This document shows positions 59,921 through 64,000 of a stretch of DNA of 64,000 bases, one piece after another. This stretch comes from Scyliorhinus canicula (lineage: Eukaryota). The DNA is taken from assembly GCF_902713615.1 (NCBI RefSeq), contig NC_052158.1, positions 35,009,990-35,073,989 on the forward strand. The letters are read 5' to 3'. A model generated the notes under the pieces. It had not been told where the DNA came from. It ran no database searches and was given only the letters and a program-made list of their open reading frames with translations. The stretch's first letter is position 1. Every line of letters starts with the position of its first letter. The translations under genes and the position numbers were made by a program.

Positions 59921-61289
59921 TGACGGTCACCCCATAAGCTTTGATTTCCCCTTTTGTCAATGGAAAATCTATGGAACTCAGCCTTGAATTTATTCAGTGA
60001 CTTGGCAGCCTCTCTCTGGGGAGAGAATTCCAAATATTAACACCCCCCCCCCCCATGAGAGAAGAAATTCCTCCTCATCTCTGCCTTGAATGGGAGATCC
60101 CTTATTTGTAATCCTGCCCTCCCTTAGTTCTAAATTCTCCACCCACCACCCCATTTAGGGGTAACAGCCTCTCAGCATCCTACATGTCTTGATAAGATCA
60201 CTTCTCATTCTTTTAAACTCTAATGAGTACAGGTCCACCCTTCCCTTGTCAGGCAAACCATTCATCCCAGGGATCATCCTTGAAAGTATCAATTTCCTTA
60301 ATTACAAAGACCAAAGTGGTCCTTGGGCGGTCTTGTGGTGCAGTGGGATAGCGTCCTGCCTCTCTGAGCTGGAAGCTCCGGGTAGTCCCACCTCGAGGAC
60401 CCAATGGCTAAAGGAAGGTTCATAACGCGGTCAAACAGGTTGAGTGTGTCAACCTGCAACCATCCTTCCAGACATGCCAATGGTTGGCGGCAAGGGAGTG
60501 AGGGGCTCCTAGCCAGCCATGCTTGATGTTGAGTGGCGCCCCCTCAATCTCGAAGACTCTGGCGACAGACCTGTTCTAGGAATAACTAGCGATGTAGACG
60601 GATGAAAGTCTACCTTGGTTCATCACAAGGTGCTGTCTCGCCAATGCCCTGTGTGGTTGCAGCAAGACCTACTGACTTTTATTATCCCATCACACTTTTC
60701 AATGAAGGCCATCATTCCATTTGCCTTCCTAACGAATTGCTGTACATACATGCTAACGTTTTGTGATTCATGTACCAGGACGTCCGGATCCCTCTGTGCC
60801 CCAGCATACTACAGTCTTCATTTAAATAATATTATTATTATTATTCTTCCTGGCAGAGTGGACATCCTCAATACTACAATCCCCAGACAGACCAATAATC
60901 TGTATAAAGAGATATGAGTTCCTCACTGGACAACATTCAAGATAACATGATGAGATGTTTGCATTTTAAGCCTTTTCTGTAACTTGCACACTAAAATCAA
61001 TATACACTAAACGGTACTTATTAGGCAACAAATATACTAATTACGAAAAAAATGATTTCTCAGTAACTTCTTAACATAGCCAATAACCCCATGGTTTGTT
61101 CATACATTACACCATACTCTCATTGAAACGTAGTCTTGTATGGAAAGTCCAACGCTCCTTCTGGTTCTAAGATCTGTTCTCTTGTCCTCGCCACGGTGAA
61201 TCTTCCAATGTCCTTTTAAACTGTTGCTCTCTTTTAATGGCTATAAATATGGCGATTAATAAGGGCACCTTTCTTAATCTTAATTATGA

Positions 61290-61925
61290 ATGTGCTTTCA
61301 GAGTCGCCAGGTATCTCTTGATACCGCCACAAGGTTCAACCGAACACTGATCAAAGAGCCAATACACCAGTTAGTTAGTTCAAAGTCAATACTACTTTAT
61401 TTACACACAGTATGATTTACTCATGTACAATAACACTACAGACTAAACTACGTCTATCACTAACACCTATACTTAACTTTGGGTGCCCACTTAAGTCAAA
61501 GGAACAATGGCCGTTGTTTGGATGTGAGTTCTGTTGGGTTCAAAGAAGTAGCAGGAGTATAGCTATGGTCGTCCGTCTGGTAGCGAGCATTGAGCTTGAA
61601 CTTGCTTCTGGTGGTGCAGGTGGAGGGGTCTCTCCAGTTGAAAGCCGATTCCAAGAGAGTGAACACATGGCGGGGGTTCCTTCTTATACTCGGGGGGACT
61701 TTGCGCGCTTTTAGGTGGGCCTTAAACTTGGTCCCAATCAATTGGGCAGCTTCTCGATCACCGCCATTGATCTGAGCCAATAAAGGGACGGGTGCCTTGA
61801 TGGCTGGGCGTGTCCTAAGTGGCCGTTGGCCTTGCTTTGTGTGTATCTTCTTGCTGAGGTAGTGGCGCCAGAATGTCTGGGACGGTATCGGCTACCTGAG
61901 CACTAGTCTTTTGTTCATTGGAGAT
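61290..61925 (-). mobile_element. Possible ERV-like LTR remnant
   Basis: Minus-strand TATAA and AATAAA-like sites in LTR order; ends not resolved. Confidence 0.3.
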
Positions 61926-62059
61926 GGGCCATCAATGTGCAAATCGGCTAAGAACATAGTACAGCACAGAACAGGCCCTTCGGCCCTCGATGTTGTGCTG
62001 AGCAATGATCACCCTACTTTAACCCACGTAACCCGTATACCCGGTAACCCAACAATCCC

Positions 62060-62275
62060 CCCATTAACCTTACACTACGGGCAATTTATCATGGCCAATC
62101 CACCTAACCCGCACATCTTTGGACTGTGGGAGGAAACCGGAGCACCCGGAGGAAACCCACGCACAAACGGGGAGGACGTGCAGACTCCACACAGACAGTG
62201 ACCCAGCCGGGAATCGAACCTGGGACCACTGGAGCTGTGAAGCATTGATGCTAACCACCATGCTACCGTGAGGCC
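62060..62275 (-). mobile_element. tRNA-SINE fused to a CR1-type tail
   Basis: Head cacggtagcatggtggttagc on the minus strand; adjoining catagtacagcacagaacaggcc. Confidence 0.75.
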
Positions 62276-64000
62276 CCAACGAGAAACCCCAAAGAGTTTC
62301 AGTTCTGTTTGCAGTCTGTCTTCTAAATGCACATTCAGGCTCTGTGCTTGCTTGCTACTTTGCATTGTCCATTTTTCCCTGTATGCTCTGCGAGTGTCCA
62401 TTTTATATGCTGGAAGTGGCCATCCCAGATGGCTACAAAACAAAAGTCCCTTCACTCGACTCCCATTGCGAATAATCTAATGGACTTCCAGTAGCAAGGT
62501 ACTCTCTGGTGATTTTCTTCCCAATCCTCGTTTCTTCTGATGGAAAACTCGCCCTCACTCACCGTCCGCTTGGCGATTAACCCCAAGCCAGTCCTTTTCC
62601 TCTGCCTGGTAGTGCTGTACCTCTGGTGGGTCTTCACCTCTCCAGGTCTCTCACTCTGACTGAGACTCCTGCGCTTTCAAAGGAACAACTGTCCTTTGTG
62701 AGTGATTGAGTTGAAAGTTGCTCCTTATCTTCAATAATGTTTAACCTGGGCTCCTCTCCGCATGACAGCCAGATCACACACACTTGTTACCTTTGGCCAT
62801 ATTCCTCCTTGTCAAACTGCTTAATTTCATCTTGAACCAAAGGAGGCAGTTTGAAACATTACTTATTATACTTCACTTCACATGCCAAATCTTTGCTCAC
62901 TCATTTTATCTGTCTACATCGCTTTGCAGATATTGTATCCTCACAATTTGCTTTCTTAACTGTCTTTGTATCATCAGCAGATCTGGCTACAATTCAGTCA
63001 GTCCCTTCATCCAATTCATTAACCCTTTAGTTCATAGTTGAATTTCAAATTTCAGGATTTTCAATGTTCAGAGCAGAAAATAGTGTCAGCATCTGTAACA
63101 CCTGGAAGGTATGTAATAGATCTGTGTTTTAAATAGAACTGTGTTTTTACCAAGACAAGCAACCAGGAAATTTAACCCATAAATAATTGAGACCCCAGCA
63201 GTGATGCTTTTGGCAGTCCGCTAGCTACCGTTTGGCAAGCTGCAAATGAGTTGATGCCAACTCTCCTAGTTGGATAGCCAAACCTATCCATACTAATATA
63301 TCTGTTTTATATATCATCTGTTTTGTGATGTTCTTAGAAAGAGAACGGGGATGTTTAAGGTTCATGCTTGCGAGGGCTGATGGGACCTCTGATTAATGCC
63401 ACTCCCAGAAGATGGTACCTCTGATGGTTTGCACTCCCTCGGTACGGGTCTGGGAATGTTACCCGGGCCATTGTGCTCCAGGCCCTCGAATGGAACTCAA
63501 ACCCACAGCCTTCGGATATTCATAGAATCAAAGAATTTATAGTGCAGAAGGAGGCCATTCAGCCCATTGAGTCTGAAATGGCCCTTGGAAAGAGCACCCC
63601 ACTTAAGCCCACGCTATTCCTGTAACCCCACTCCTTTGTAGACACCTAGGGGTATATCCCCATATCCCTGTAACTCAGTAACCCCACCGAACGGCGCTGC
63701 TACCTACAGGGCCATGGTTGGCATCTGGACTGGGCAGTGTCAGTGTGCATGCCTTCAGATGGCGTCAGTGACACACTCTCACTACCCCTACCCCCTCAAT
63801 TCAGGAAGGCAGCTCACTTCCCCCACCCCCCACTTCACATAGGTCACGTCAGCGTAGAGCTGAACCCCAAACCATCCTATCCCAATGGGCAACCAGTTTT
63901 CCAATCAAGTCCATGTCCTTAATTCTTGCACGCGATCTGGGTGTCACTGGCTGGGCCACAGCATTTCTCGCTCACCCTTAACTCCCTTCAACCGAGCTGC

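Overview
Eukaryotic, repeat-rich vertebrate DNA. The SINE, CR1 and Penelope repeat content suggests a cartilaginous fish (inference). Two convergent B30.2 (PRY-SPRY) immune-type genes are present. (1) + strand, butyrophilin-like gene: three near-identical tandemly duplicated IgV exons (841-1179, 3235-3573, 6348-6686), one IgC exon (11362-11646), 39-nt and 27-nt exons, and a B30.2 exon (16646-17258) with a 1-bp frameshift in an A-run. I found no transmembrane exon, and the leader is probably outside the window. (2) - strand, complete six-exon TRIM gene (48461..38054, 759 aa; RING, B-box, coiled coil, PRY-SPRY) whose last exon continues into a ~234-aa hydrophobic, internally repeated, apparently multi-pass membrane tail. 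Between them are a SPRY pseudo-fragment missing from the ORF track (22815-23003), a 7.2-kb 33-bp satellite and a G-rich minisatellite. A 5.1-kb 15-bp minisatellite lies upstream of the TRIM. Penelope-like remnants carry minimal hammerhead ribozyme motifs, one in each IgV duplication unit. L1, CR1, LTR and tRNA-SINE fragments fill most of the rest. Repeat boundaries are approximate unless stated.
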